Origin: an uncultured Gammaproteobacteria bacterium
GTDB taxonomy: Bacteria; Patescibacteriota; Patescibacteriia; Magasanikbacterales; GWA2-37-8
Direction of reading: 5' to 3'
NCBI GenBank assembly: GCA_964596525.1
Contig: CAZQUL010000001.1
Span: 951,723 to 1,015,722, forward strand
Length of the DNA stretch: 64,000 bases
Below the pieces are notes generated by a model that worked only from the letters and a program-made list of their open reading frames with translations, ran no database searches and was not told where the DNA came from. Positions 8,871 to 19,127 of the stretch are shown here, piece by piece (positions within the stretch are counted from its first letter, which is position 1; each line of letters opens with the position of its first letter). A program made the translations under genes and the position numbers.

Positions 8871-11242
8871 ATATAAACCCACTAAAGTTTCAAAGAGATG
8901 CTGTAGATAAGCTAACCCAAACTTATCTAACGCTATGGAAAAAAGAAGGAAGACAGCTTCCTCTCGTTTTCAAAGCACCAACTGGTAGCGGTAAAACATA
9001 CATAACCGCTCTCTTTGTTCGTGGGCTCAATCACTTGCCTCAATGGTCCGAAGATAAGGCGTTTGTTTGGATTACTTTCAGCGATGACCTTGCTATGCAG
9101 AGCAAGGATAAGTTCAGAGAGTATTTTGAAAACACTCTTGAAAATGACCTGCTTACAGTCCAAGATATCAACCGAGGTAAGCTCAATGAAAACGACATTT
9201 TCTTCTTGAACTGGCAAAAAGTTGTGTCAGTATCTGCTGAAAGTAGGACACTACGCCGTCCTGAAGATGAGGAAATGCGTAAGGAAACAGGAAAGTATTT
9301 TGAGGATGTTATTGATGCAACAAAAGCTGACGGACGAGAAATCATCCTTGTTATTGATGAAGCACATACCCACGTTTCAACCGCTCTTGCTCAAAAGATA
9401 GTTGATTACATTGACCCTAAAATCGTTTTGCATATCTCTGCAACGCCTGACAAAGATCTTATCGCTGAAGCGGCTGAAAACGACAGCTATGTAAAAATAG
9501 ACCGTTCGGAAGTGATTGATGAAGGTCTTATCAAGGAAAGCATTGTTCTCCAGAGCGAAGAAGACCTCAAGAAAATGGGGGCTAAAGACCTTGATGAGGT
9601 ATTGCTTCAACTTGGAATGGAAAAGCGAAATGGACTTCTTGATGAATACAAAAAGCTCGGAAAGAAAGTAAATCCATTGATGCTCATACAGTTGCCAAAT
9701 GATGATAAAGAGCTAATGGAAACTGGCGAGCGTACCAAAGAAGAAATCGTGATGTCATTTCTGCTCAAAAATGGCGTAAAAGAGCACAAGATAGCTCGTT
9801 GGTTTGACGGAAGAAAAGAAAATATGAACGGCATCACTGATAACGAAAGCGATGTCGATTTTATGCTTTTCAAACAAGCCGCTGGGACAGGTTGGGATTG
9901 TCCGAGAGCTTCAGTTCTCGTGATGTACCGTGAGGTAAAATCAGATAAGTTTTATACTCAAACGGTTGGGCGTATTCTTCGTATGCCAGAACCACAGCTC
10001 AAGGAAGAGTACAAAGATAGTCCTGTCCTTCGTCGTGGATATCTTTACACAAACTATAAACGAAATCAGGTTCAAATTCCTGATCAAGATGAAAAAAATA
10101 AGGCACTAACTCAATCAGCTTTTAGAAAAAAAGGTATTAAGAATATTGCGCTTCAATCTGATTACATTTCTCGTGTAGATTATGGCGACATTCCTCGATC
10201 ATATAAATTCCAGGAAAGTTTTAAAAAATCTTTTGACGAATACTTCGGTCTTACAAAAAACGACATTCTTGGTAAAGCTCAAGAAAAAATCAAAAAGAAA
10301 GGGCTCGACCTTGAAGGAACTTTACTCAATAAGGTTGTGGCGAATGCAAATTTTGAGGACTTTGAACAGATAGTTTTTGACTTTGCTAAGAAGGGAAAAG
10401 ATATATCTCTTGAAATGTCTGTAAGCGATGTTGAAAAAACTTTCAACTATCTTTGCTATCAACTTTTGAAGGAACAGGACGATGAAAAGGCAAAGTATGC
10501 AAACATAGCTCGTTCTTGGAGTGTGCTTAAATCAGCCATCCGTATCTGGTTCAAAAGTACAATTAGCGATGATAGTAATTACTTCTATAGGATTTTTATT
10601 AAGGATGTTCAGAAAGGATCCGAAAGCGTATTGCGACCTGCTATTACTAAAGCACTTCGTGATTTCAAACCTATCTCTCAAAAGCTTATTGAGGAAAAAA
10701 AGAAAGAAGCAGAAAAAAAAGAGGCACCTATTTTTACTATTCAATCTGAATACCGTTACCCTGATGATTATCGAGAGATTGAACAGTCTCTATGTGCATT
10801 AGATAAGTTTTTTTTGTTGCCTGCTTATCAGGGCAGAGATAATGAGATAAGGTTCGTAAACTATCTTGAAAAAAAGGAAGGGAAAATAGAATGGTGGTTT
10901 AAGAACGGAAATCAGGGTAAAAATTACTTTGCGATCCGTTATATAAATACCGAGAACAGTAAGGAGGAACTATTTTATCCTGACTGGATAATGCTCTTCA
11001 AAAATGGTGTTTTAGGTATCTTCGATACAAAGAAGGGCCGCACTGCTACCGACAACGAAACAGCTTATAAGGCTCGCGCATTACAAGGGAAGCTCAAGGA
11101 ATTCGGTAAGAAATACGTAGGCGGTATTGTCATTGAAGAAGGTGGTGTTTGGTATTACAACGATAATCCTAAGTACAGCTTCATCGAGGGTGAATCTGTA
11201 AATGATAGTAAGGATTGGAAGCCGTTTGAGACTTTGTTTTGA
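8867..11242 (+). CDS. res: Type III restriction endonuclease Res subunit (SF2 helicase domain plus PD-DxK nuclease)
   Basis: Walker A FKAPTGSGKTY and the DEAH box VIDEAH are present. A C-terminal YPDW...FDTKKG fits the PD-(D/E)xK motif. The start overlaps the mod stop (ATGA). Confidence 0.85.
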   Translation: MNINPLKFQRDAVDKLTQTYLTLWKKEGRQLPLVFKAPTGSGKTYITALFVRGLNHLPQWSEDKAFVWITFSDDLAMQSKDKFREYFENTLENDLLTVQDINRGKLNENDIFFLNWQKVVSVSAESRTLRRPEDEEMRKETGKYFEDVIDATKADGREIILVIDEAHTHVSTALAQKIVDYIDPKIVLHISATPDKDLIAEAAENDSYVKIDRSEVIDEGLIKESIVLQSEEDLKKMGAKDLDEVLLQLGMEKRNGLLDEYKKLGKKVNPLMLIQLPNDDKELMETGERTKEEIVMSFLLKNGVKEHKIARWFDGRKENMNGITDNESDVDFMLFKQAAGTGWDCPRASVLVMYREVKSDKFYTQTVGRILRMPEPQLKEEYKDSPVLRRGYLYTNYKRNQVQIPDQDEKNKALTQSAFRKKGIKNIALQSDYISRVDYGDIPRSYKFQESFKKSFDEYFGLTKNDILGKAQEKIKKKGLDLEGTLLNKVVANANFEDFEQIVFDFAKKGKDISLEMSVSDVEKTFNYLCYQLLKEQDDEKAKYANIARSWSVLKSAIRIWFKSTISDDSNYFYRIFIKDVQKGSESVLRPAITKALRDFKPISQKLIEEKKKEAEKKEAPIFTIQSEYRYPDDYREIEQSLCALDKFFLLPAYQGRDNEIRFVNYLEKKEGKIEWWFKNGNQGKNYFAIRYINTENSKEELFYPDWIMLFKNGVLGIFDTKKGRTATDNETAYKARALQGKLKEFGKKYVGGIVIEEGGVWYYNDNPKYSFIEGESVNDSKDWKPFETLF

Positions 11243-11246
11243 TACT

Positions 11247-12872
11247 ATGAAAGCCGTTATCCTTGCCCGTGTATCAACCGAAGAACAAAAAGACGCGGGT
11301 AACTCGTTACCGGCTCAAATTGCCCGTCTAGAAGCCTACTGTAAGCGCAAAGGCTTTGAAATTGTTGAAACATACAGTTTTGATGAAAGTGCTTATAAAA
11401 CCAAGCGTGATGAGTTTGATAGGATTTTAGACTTCCTCAAAGAAAAAACAGAAAAGATTGCTGTCTGTTTCGATAAGGTAGACCGCCTCTCTCGTAATGT
11501 CTTTGATAAACGGGTCAGTTTGCTTTACGAAAAAGCTGTGGCCGATGAAATCGAGCTGCATTTTGTTTCTGATAGCCAAGTTATAAGCTCTTCGATGTCG
11601 GCTGGTCAAAAAACACAGTTTGGCATGAACTTAGTAATGGCCAAGTACTATTCAGACGCCATTAGCGATAATGTGCGACGTGTTTTTGAACTTAAAAGGC
11701 GTAATGGCGAATGGCCAGGGCCGCCGCCGCTTGGATACAGAAGCGTTACTAACGAAGTAGGGAGGCGGGATATGATACCCGACTTTGAGCGGGCTCATTT
11801 AATAAAGAAAATGTTCGAGCTCTACAGTACCAATGGTTATTCTATTAGTTCTCTTCAGGAAAAAATGAAGGAGTTAGGATTAAAGAGTAAAGATGGAAAA
11901 ACCGTTTCCAGAAGCCTGATAGACTGGATGCTCAAAAATCCTTTTTACTGCGGTATCGCGCGACCGCGTAGTTCTGCTCCCTATAATCATCGTTATGCCC
12001 CGTTGGTATCTAAGGACTTGTTTGATAGATGCCAGTTTATAGTAAGCGGCAGGAATAAAACTCGCTCTAAAGAAACCTCAAAAGATTTTGTTCTTAAAGG
12101 CATTGTCCACTGTAAGAAGTGTGGCTGTCTTTATAGTCCAGAAATAAAAAGGAAGAAAAGCGGACTTACTTTTACGTACTATAGCTGCACGAATGGAAAG
12201 GGGATTTGTAAACGTGACTACGTACCTGAAGATGTCCTTTTAAAGCCTGTATACGACGCTTTTGGGGATTTTGAGAGTATTTCTGAGGAAACACAGCTTA
12301 AGTTGGTAGAAAAGCTCAGACAGCTTAATGAATTCGAAGTCGAGTATCATGCTAAAGAAATTAAACGCATTCGGGCTGAGTATGATCGTATTCAAAAACG
12401 ATCGGAAGTTTTAATGGATATACGTTTAGACCTTAGTATTACTAAGGACGACTATGACAAAAAACTGCAAGAGCTCAAAGACGCCCAGTACCGCCTTAAT
12501 CTTGAACTAGATGAACATACTAAGGCCGACCATGAGTACCATATTCACTTATCTACTGTATTAAATCTATCTCGTCGGGTTAAACAGATTTTTGATAGTT
12601 CTGAAGTAAACGAAAAGAGGGCTCTGATAAAGTTTTTACTTCAGAACCCTCTTGCGGAAGGAAAAAAGCTTCATTTTCAGCTACGAAAACCGTTTGATAC
12701 GGTACTTCAGTTAGCTCATCGTCCTACGGTGCTCCGAGCGGCGCAGGAACTTCGAACCGTTATTTTAAGCGGTTACAAGTCCTACGAAATGGACGCGGCC
12801 GTCAAAATGCTCCGGGGAGAGGAACCCTTTACCGAGGAAGCGATGAGGTGGATGGAAACGGCGAAGCATTGA
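11247..12872 (+). CDS. Large serine recombinase (resolvase/invertase N-domain, recombinase domain, zinc ribbon)
   Basis: MKAVILARVSTEEQ is the catalytic-Ser resolvase motif. Cys-rich CKKCGC...YYSCTNGKGICK lies after the recombinase domain. The real start is ATG 11247, not 11202. Confidence 0.85.
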   Translation: MKAVILARVSTEEQKDAGNSLPAQIARLEAYCKRKGFEIVETYSFDESAYKTKRDEFDRILDFLKEKTEKIAVCFDKVDRLSRNVFDKRVSLLYEKAVADEIELHFVSDSQVISSSMSAGQKTQFGMNLVMAKYYSDAISDNVRRVFELKRRNGEWPGPPPLGYRSVTNEVGRRDMIPDFERAHLIKKMFELYSTNGYSISSLQEKMKELGLKSKDGKTVSRSLIDWMLKNPFYCGIARPRSSAPYNHRYAPLVSKDLFDRCQFIVSGRNKTRSKETSKDFVLKGIVHCKKCGCLYSPEIKRKKSGLTFTYYSCTNGKGICKRDYVPEDVLLKPVYDAFGDFESISEETQLKLVEKLRQLNEFEVEYHAKEIKRIRAEYDRIQKRSEVLMDIRLDLSITKDDYDKKLQELKDAQYRLNLELDEHTKADHEYHIHLSTVLNLSRRVKQIFDSSEVNEKRALIKFLLQNPLAEGKKLHFQLRKPFDTVLQLAHRPTVLRAAQELRTVILSGYKSYEMDAAVKMLRGEEPFTEEAMRWMETAKH

Positions 12873-12878
12873 ACTGCG

Positions 12879-13274
12879 CTACCTGAAATTCACAGAAAAA
12901 TTATACATTCCCATACTGCAAAGACCCCGCAATGTCCCCGATTGCGGAGTACCAAGATCAATAACTTCTTCTCCGGTTTGAGGCAAAATCTTTTGGTAGC
13001 CAATCGACCTGATAACTAACGCCGCGGAACAATCATATGTTCCGTTTGTTTTAACAACCAACTTCGTCGGAATGTTGGCCTGGGCTGTAGATACTGCGGG
13101 AGAATATCCGCCACGAGCGTTTATGGTGACATACTGGACGCCATCTCGTATTTCAACATTTTGTGCAGACTGCGTATCACTCGATCCGGAGTTATTTTTT
13201 GACTGCCCAAGAAACACGATGCCAATACCTACGACAAGTGCGATTGCGATGATAATTGAAGCGGTTTTATTCAT
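12879..13274 (-). CDS. Cupredoxin-like periplasmic copper-binding protein
   Basis: An N-terminal TM/signal segment is followed by a C-terminal CSAAL...CSMGM Cys/Met cluster, typical of small cupredoxin-like proteins found beside copA. Confidence 0.45.
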   Translation of the reverse strand: MNKTASIIIAIALVVGIGIVFLGQSKNNSGSSDTQSAQNVEIRDGVQYVTINARGGYSPAVSTAQANIPTKLVVKTNGTYDCSAALVIRSIGYQKILPQTGEEVIDLGTPQSGTLRGLCSMGMYNFSVNFR

Positions 13275-13281
13275 AAAGTGA

Positions 13282-14289
13282 TTATATGTTAAATAGTGGA
13301 TTAATAATTCCGAGTCCGGCAAGTCCGGCGAGGAGTGCAAACAATCCAAGACCGATCACGACCACTCCTGCGGATTTGAAAAATAACGGTGCGTGTTTTC
13401 CATGCGCGAATGATGCCGATCCGAAGGAAAGGAGAACGAGCATGGGCAGTGTTCCAAGCGCGAACGCAAGCATTAAAAGGAGGCCGGACATAAATGAGCC
13501 GCTTCCGAGTGCAGAAACCTGCATTGACTGTGTAAATCCGCACGGCAGAAAGAAAGTGGCGAAACCCAAGATGAGCGGCGTTAGGGTTTTGTACTCTATT
13601 TTTCTAAAGAAATTGAAAATCCCTGAGGGTAATGCGATTTTATTCTTTGCAAATACGCCGACCAAATTTAACCCGAGCAACAGCATAACGATGGAAGCCA
13701 GAAGTCCCAAGATCGATGTAAGGGTAAAGTTGATGCCGATGGCACTGCCAAGCGCACCGAGAACCCCTCCCAGCACCGCAAAGCTAACCAATCTGCCTAT
13801 ATGAAAAAGTGTAAATGTTTTAGTGTCGCTGACATTGTCCTGCGATACTTTGGCCGAAAGGGACAGAACTAAACCGCCGACAATGGCAAGGCAACTAGAA
13901 ACCGAGGCGATGAGCCCGATAATAAAACTTGTCACCGGAGTCGTTTGACCACCAATGCCAAGGTTTAAAATTCCTGATTTCTGCACAAAGAAAAAGAGAG
14001 CCAGGAATGCCAGACCAATAGGCAATGCCTGCCAAATGACACTATTATCTTTCTTCTCTTCGGCTTTTTTCTCAACGGAGAGAGAATAACCGTTGTGGTG
14101 TATTTTCTCAGTCAATATTTCTGCAAGTCTGTGCTGACTCTCATCCAACGTTGTGTCGATTGAGACGATCTCTCGCTTCAAATCTACACTGGCGCGATCA
14201 ATGCCAATTTGCTCGTTCAAAGTATCTTCAATGAAGATTTTGCACGAAGCGCAATGAGTACCGGAAACGTGGAATGTGTATGTTTTCAT
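13282..14289 (-). CDS. Heavy-metal-associated (HMA) domain fused to a DsbD_2/CcdA-like polytopic membrane protein
   Basis: The N-terminal HMA motif HVSGTHCASC is followed by about 6-8 TM segments with conserved Cys in TMs (SSCLAIVGG, FFLPCGF). Confidence 0.55.
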   Translation of the reverse strand: MKTYTFHVSGTHCASCKIFIEDTLNEQIGIDRASVDLKREIVSIDTTLDESQHRLAEILTEKIHHNGYSLSVEKKAEEKKDNSVIWQALPIGLAFLALFFFVQKSGILNLGIGGQTTPVTSFIIGLIASVSSCLAIVGGLVLSLSAKVSQDNVSDTKTFTLFHIGRLVSFAVLGGVLGALGSAIGINFTLTSILGLLASIVMLLLGLNLVGVFAKNKIALPSGIFNFFRKIEYKTLTPLILGFATFFLPCGFTQSMQVSALGSGSFMSGLLLMLAFALGTLPMLVLLSFGSASFAHGKHAPLFFKSAGVVVIGLGLFALLAGLAGLGIINPLFNI

Positions 14290-14291
14290 AA

Positions 14292-16586
14292 TTATAGTTT
14301 TTTAGCTTTAATGCGAAGCGAATTCGACACAACTGATACGCTCGACATCGCCATGGCGAAACCGGCAAAAACTGGATTCAAGAGCCATCCAAAGACCGGG
14401 TACAAAGCTCCTGCCGCAAGAGGAATACCGACAATGTTATAGATGAATGCCCAGAACAGGTTCTGCTTGATACCTCGCATGGTGATCTTTGAAAGCTTGA
14501 TCGCCTTAACAAGCTTTGAGATATCGCCACCAAGAAGCGTAATACCGGCTGATTCTATGGCAACATCAGTGCCGGTCCCCATAGCAATACCAACGTCTGC
14601 CTGAGCGAGTGCTGGGGCGTCGTTTACGCCGTCACCGGCCATTGCCACCACCCAACCTTGCGACTGCAACGCTTTTATTTTTTCAAGCTTATCCTGTGGC
14701 AGTACGTGGGCGACAACGTCATCAATGCCAACGAGTGAGCCGATGTATTTGGCAGCTTTTTCATCGTCGCCGGTGAGCATGACCACTTTGATTCCAAGAG
14801 CATGGAGGTTCTTAACCGCTTCGACCGACTCATCTTTTATTTCATCGGCTACCATGACAAAGCCAAGGACCTTCTCTTTCGTGGCAACGATCACCGGAGT
14901 TTTCCCTTGAGACGTAAACTCATTCAGCTTCGCCGCATCAAAAGAAATATTCAGATCGCTTATGAGCTTTGCATTGCCGACAAGGTATTCCGTGTTTTTA
15001 ATCACTCCTTTAAGCCCCTTACCTTGTATGCCCTCGAAGTTTGAAACATCGAATACAGGGATATTTTTCTCCACTGCGTAATTCACTACCGCATGAGCGA
15101 TCGGATGTTCTGATTTTTTCTCAAGCGATGCCAAAATTGATACCAGATCATCGTCTTTTATATTGGAAAGATTTTGTATATCAACAAGGGTCGGCTTTCC
15201 GATGGTGATCGTTCCAGTTTTATCAACAACAACCGCATTTACTTTATGGAGTTTCTCAAGAGTCGCGGCATCTTTAATAAGAATGCCTTCTTTTGCTCCC
15301 TTGCCGACGCCAACGATAATCGCCGTCGGCGTGGCAAGACCAAGAGCGCAGGGACACGCAATAACGAGAATCCCAACAAAGGAGACTAGACCGAAGGAGA
15401 GGGCTTGAGAAAAGCCTAAGTATTGCGATCCGACAATGAGCCAAGCACCAAGAGCAAGAAAAGCGATTACCAGAACAATAGGCACAAAAACCGACGAGAT
15501 TTTGTCCGCAAGAGCTTGTATCGGGGCTTTGCTTCCTTGGGCATCCTCGACCATTTTGATGATCTGGGCGAGCAATGTTTCCGACCCGACTTTTGTCGCT
15601 TTGAACGTAAACGAACCGCTGGTATTGATCGTTCCGGAAACGACACTATCGCTAATCTTTTTCTGCACCGGCATCGGCTCTCCGGTGACCATAGATTCGT
15701 CAACAAAAGAACTGCCATCGGTTATCACTCCATCCACCGGGATTTTTGCGCCCGGCTTAACGATGATCAGATCGCCATGCTTTACCTCATTGACCGATAT
15801 TTCTATTTCTTTGCCATCGCGGATAACGAGTGCGGTTTTGGCTTGCAAGTTAAGAAGTTTTTCTATGGCATCTCCCGTCTTGATTTTTGATCGAGCCTCC
15901 AAATATTTACCAAGCGCAATAAAAGTAATGACCACGATCGTCACATCGTAGTATTGATAATCGACATTTATAAAAGGCTGTAGCGTCTCCTCAAAAGCTG
16001 TGACGGCGAAACTGTATAAAAAGGCGGCAACAGTTCCAATGCCGATCAGTGTGTCCATGTTAGCCTTGCCGTAGCGGAGGAATCTATAAAAACCAAGCAA
16101 GTACGGCTTGCCAACCACAAAAAGGACATACGTTGCCATTAAAGGCAGGAGGTGATGAAAAAACTCCCTCACTACTGACCCCATCTCTGACACCACTCCG
16201 TACTCCGCAAGGATATCCCAGCCCATGACAAAGGCAGCAAAAATCGCAATAGGTATGGCCGAAAGCACTTTAGTTTTCATATCCGCAACCTCGGCGAGCT
16301 TTTCTTTCTTGGACTGATTTAATCCCAAATGTGCCGCATGTTCGCCCTCGGACATTCCCATCTCCTGGGCGGTGGAGGGAATCTCTAAAGAATAGCCAAG
16401 TGGTTCGATTTGCTTGGAAAGATCGTGAGGATTCGTCTTGGACGGATCAAAAGAAACCTTGGCTTTTTCCGTGCCATAATTCACCTCCGCAGATTGCACC
16501 CCATCAACTTTCTTGAACGTCTTCTCGATGACCGAGGAACAGGAGGCGCAATGCATGCCTTTCACTTTGTAGGTTTGCGTATGCAT
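14292..16586 (-). CDS. copA: Copper-translocating P1B-type ATPase
   Basis: The N-terminal HMA motif GMHCASC is present with the [10 protein letters not shown] ion-binding motif, DKTGTIT phosphorylation site, [10 protein letters not shown] and TGES-like GDAIEK. Confidence 0.95.
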   Translation of the reverse strand: MHTQTYKVKGMHCASCSSVIEKTFKKVDGVQSAEVNYGTEKAKVSFDPSKTNPHDLSKQIEPLGYSLEIPSTAQEMGMSEGEHAAHLGLNQSKKEKLAEVADMKTKVLSAIPIAIFAAFVMGWDILAEYGVVSEMGSVVREFFHHLLPLMATYVLFVVGKPYLLGFYRFLRYGKANMDTLIGIGTVAAFLYSFAVTAFEETLQPFINVDYQYYDVTIVVITFIALGKYLEARSKIKTGDAIEKLLNLQAKTALVIRDGKEIEISVNEVKHGDLIIVKPGAKIPVDGVITDGSSFVDESMVTGEPMPVQKKISDSVVSGTINTSGSFTFKATKVGSETLLAQIIKMVEDAQGSKAPIQALADKISSVFVPIVLVIAFLALGAWLIVGSQYLGFSQALSFGLVSFVGILVIACPCALGLATPTAIIVGVGKGAKEGILIKDAATLEKLHKVNAVVVDKTGTITIGKPTLVDIQNLSNIKDDDLVSILASLEKKSEHPIAHAVVNYAVEKNIPVFDVSNFEGIQGKGLKGVIKNTEYLVGNAKLISDLNISFDAAKLNEFTSQGKTPVIVATKEKVLGFVMVADEIKDESVEAVKNLHALGIKVVMLTGDDEKAAKYIGSLVGIDDVVAHVLPQDKLEKIKALQSQGWVVAMAGDGVNDAPALAQADVGIAMGTGTDVAIESAGITLLGGDISKLVKAIKLSKITMRGIKQNLFWAFIYNIVGIPLAAGALYPVFGWLLNPVFAGFAMAMSSVSVVSNSLRIKAKKL

Positions 16587-16587
16587 A

Positions 16588-16863
16588 TTATTTTCTCTTT
16601 AACTTATACACCTTGATAATTTCTTCCTTGGCCTTTTTCGTTTGGCCGGATTGCATCTGATGGAAAACACAATGCCCGAGGTGATTTTCAAGGAGTAAGT
16701 CTTCGACATTAGACAAGCCCTGTTTTACCGCCGACGTCTGGGTAATGACATCGATGCAGTAGGTGTCGTTTTCTACCATTTTTTGGAGGCCTCGCACCTG
16801 ACCTTCCAAAAGCTTGAGGCGGCGCACGACTTTCGTCTTATTATTTTCGTCCATGTATTTCAT
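16588..16863 (-). CDS. csoR: CsoR/RcnR-family copper-sensing transcriptional repressor
   Basis: The 91-aa ORF has the DUF156 pattern [35 protein letters not shown]...HLGHCV, which carries the conserved Cys and His ligands. Confidence 0.85.
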   Translation of the reverse strand: MKYMDENNKTKVVRRLKLLEGQVRGLQKMVENDTYCIDVITQTSAVKQGLSNVEDLLLENHLGHCVFHQMQSGQTKKAKEEIIKVYKLKRK

Positions 16864-16873
16864 ATATAAACAA

Positions 16874-16895
16874 GTATACCCCCTAGGGGGTATAC
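16874..16895. promoter_or_regulatory. Perfect 22-bp palindrome GTATACCCCCTAGGGGGTATAC immediately upstream of csoR; candidate CsoR operator
   Basis: The palindrome is read directly from the sequence. The GTATACC-N-GGTATAC architecture resembles known CsoR operators (TACCC...GGGTA). Confidence 0.6.
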
Positions 16896-16926
16896 TTGCA
16901 AGTGTGGATAATTAAAGGTTGTCCGT

Positions 16927-17211
16927 TTATTGCTTGTCCTTAGACGGTCCCCACTGCCAGCGCGGTTTTTCTCCTTTCCAATAACCGAAAGTAAATACAA
17001 GTGCGATCATCAGCAGAAAGCCCAGAAGTGCTGCGCCAGGCGCGTCATCGGTTTCTCCGACATAAACACCGTCAATAAGAATGGCTAAGCCGATAGCGAC
17101 TACAAGCCATCCCTGCCATTTCACCGGCACCCAGCCCCAGCCATAGAGCCGTGCCTTGAACCAGTAGCCCTGCGGATTGTCTTTGAGATAAGCAATATAT
17201 TTTTTGATCAT
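16927..17211 (-). CDS. Small Trp-rich membrane protein, hypothetical
   Basis: The 94-aa ORF has two predicted TM segments. Confidence 0.3.
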   Translation of the reverse strand: MIKKYIAYLKDNPQGYWFKARLYGWGWVPVKWQGWLVVAIGLAILIDGVYVGETDDAPGAALLGFLLMIALVFTFGYWKGEKPRWQWGPSKDKQ

Positions 17212-17267
17212 AATATTAATATCAACTGTTTTGCTCTTTTTGTTGATATTCGGTATACAGATATCAA

Positions 17268-17570
17268 CTATTTGATGCCTGTATTATGTTCTAGTAATTT
17301 CTCGGCCGGGGAGATGCCGCTAAGAACCTTGTGCGGAAAGTAATTCCAGGCGTCGGTTACCAGCTCGAGAACATTTTCAATTTCGGTGGCGTCACCACCA
17401 CGGTCAAACATAGCCACGACTTTCATCATGTCGTCGCTTTCTTCCTTGTTATAAATGGCATCCCGGACATGATCCAAAGTAAAATTGCTCTCAGTTTCTT
17501 TGAGCATATCCACGAGCTCCTGCTCGATTTCTTTCCGCCGTTCAATAATTTGTTGTTTTGATTCCGTCAT
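17268..17570 (-). CDS. Hypothetical acidic protein (100 aa)
   Basis: ORF only. Confidence 0.25.
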   Translation of the reverse strand: MTESKQQIIERRKEIEQELVDMLKETESNFTLDHVRDAIYNKEESDDMMKVVAMFDRGGDATEIENVLELVTDAWNYFPHKVLSGISPAEKLLEHNTGIK

Positions 17571-17577
17571 ACCTTAA

Positions 17578-17892
17578 TTACAATTGTTTTATTGGTATTT
17601 TTGAATCTTTTAAAAATCTTGTCAGTGTTCTTTTTTCCGCACCACTGTTGCTACCCGAATGGCGTTGCTGGCCAGTCCTTTTGTTGCAGTAGGTAATGAA
17701 CAGTTTATGACGCGCGCGCGTCATGGATACATAAAGCAATCTGCGCTCATCTCCTTCTTTTTCACCCGTATTGCGACCCGGGATAAATTCGTCCTCAGCT
17801 CCAACAATGAAACAAATATCAAAGGTAAGACCTTTAGCTTGATGCATAGTAAGAATGTTAACTGCGTTATCTTTTGTCTCTTGCTCAATCAT
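17578..17892 (-). pseudogene. C-terminal remnant of a UvrD/PcrA/Rep-type SF1 helicase (motif VI region only)
   Basis: ILTMHQAKGLTFDICFIVGAEDEFIPG...RRLLYVSMTRARHKLFI matches SF1 helicase motif VI and the C-terminus. Upstream helicase domains are absent. The fragment ends 22 bp from the IS left end. Confidence 0.55.
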
Positions 17893-17970
17893 TTCTGATG
17901 ACGAACTAACAGCTGATCCAACCCCCTCAGAGGAAACAATCGATACGCGGTTTTAAGGTATACTAGCCGC

Positions 17971-18252
17971 ATGAAAAAAAGAAAAAAATATTCAGCCGAA
18001 ACCAAGGCTAAAGCGGTGCTCTCTTTCCTGAAGGGAGAGCAGACGCTTGTCGAGATAGCCAAGGACTTGGAAATCCACCCAGGCATGGTCTCCAAATGGC
18101 ACCAGACTTTTCTGGAGGCCGCTCCTGCCGCTTTCGGCCAGGAAGATGATTCCAGAGAAAAGGAGGAAAAGATTGCTGAACTTGAGCGGATGGTGGGCAA
18201 ACTCACCGCCCAAAACGAGTTTTTAAAAAAAGCCTCGGGCAGAATCGTCTGA
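17971..18252 (+). CDS. IS3-family transposase OrfA (HTH)
   Basis: SAETKAKAVLSFLKGEQTLVEIAKDLEIHPGMVSKWHQ plus a leucine-zipper-like C-terminus. The slippery run TTTTAAAAAAAG lies at 18221-18232. Confidence 0.85.
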   Translation: MKKRKKYSAETKAKAVLSFLKGEQTLVEIAKDLEIHPGMVSKWHQTFLEAAPAAFGQEDDSREKEEKIAELERMVGKLTAQNEFLKKASGRIV

Positions 18253-19127
18253 GCAAGGCAGAGAAGAAAAAGCTCATTGAAAAGGAAAGAAACGGCCATC
18301 CGGTTTCCTGGTTCCTCTCTCTGATCGGCCTCTCATCCAAAAGCTGGTATGAAAAGGAGGAAGAGAAAGACGAAACCGAAGATCTCTCCTGGAAGAAAGA
18401 AATCGAGAATGTGCTCTCTCTGTTCCCGTATTACGGCTACATCAAGGTGACCAAGGAACTCCGGAGAAAAGGATTCTGGGTGAACAAGAAGAAAATCCAG
18501 CGATTGATGCAGAAGTACCACTTGACCCAGAAAAGACGCAAGTGGAAGCCGTATACCACCGATTCCAGGCATTTGCTGCCGATATATCCGAACTTGATCA
18601 AGGAAATCGAGCCGCTCTTTCCTGATCACATCTGGGTGGGAGACATCACCTACATCAGACTACCGGTCGGCTTCTGTTATCTGGCTGTCATCCTGGATGT
18701 TTTCACCAGAAAGCCGAGAGGCTGGGCTCTCATGAACACTCTGCAGACCGTGCTCATCATGACTGCCCTGGAGATGGCTCTGCAAACCGGTATCCCGAAG
18801 TATCACCATTCAGACCGGGGCAGACAGTATTGCAGTTACGATTACACCGGAAGGCTAAAAGAAAAAAGCGTCCAGATCAGCATGTCGGAGGTCGGCAAGT
18901 CAGTGGACAATGCTTATGCCGAATCTTTTTTCCGGACCCTCAAAGTCGAAGAGGTGTATCTCAACGAATACCGAGACATCGAGGAGGCCAGAGCTTCCAT
19001 TCATGAGTTCATTGACATCGTGTATACTACCAAAAGACTTCATGCCTCCTTGGACTACCAAACTCCCGAGGAGTTTGAAGATCTGTATTTCAAAGGTCGA
19101 ACCCCATTAACAGCCAACACACCTTAA
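18231..19127 (+). CDS. IS3-family transposase OrfB (DDE integrase core), expressed as OrfAB via -1 frameshift at A AAA AAA G (18225-18232)
   Basis: The -1 frame reads KKSLGQNRLSKAEKKKLIEKERNGHPVSWFLS... in frame with the track ORF 18411-19127. The DDE core includes HIWVGDITYI, HSDRGRQY and SVDNAYAESFFRTLK. Confidence 0.8.
   Translation, partial: SLGQNRLSKAEKKKLIEKERNGHPVSWFLSLIGLSSKSWYEKEEEKDETEDLSWKKEIENVLSLFPYYGYIKVTKELRRKGFWVNKKKIQRLMQKYHLTQKRRKWKPYTTDSRHLLPIYPNLIKEIEPLFPDHIWVGDITYIRLPVGFCYLAVILDVFTRKPRGWALMNTLQTVLIMTALEMALQTGIPKYHHSDRGRQYCSYDYTGRLKEKSVQISMSEVGKSVDNAYAESFFRTLKVEEVYLNEYRDIEEARASIHEFIDIVYTTKRLHASLDYQTPEEFEDLYFKGRTPLTANTP

Noticed and set aside
15423-15951. Two overlapping plus-strand ORFs (155 and 171 aa)
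   Set aside because: They lie entirely inside copA on the opposite strand. No motifs.
17889-18299. 136-aa minus-strand ORF
   Set aside because: It is antisense to IS3 OrfA and spans the IS left inverted repeat.
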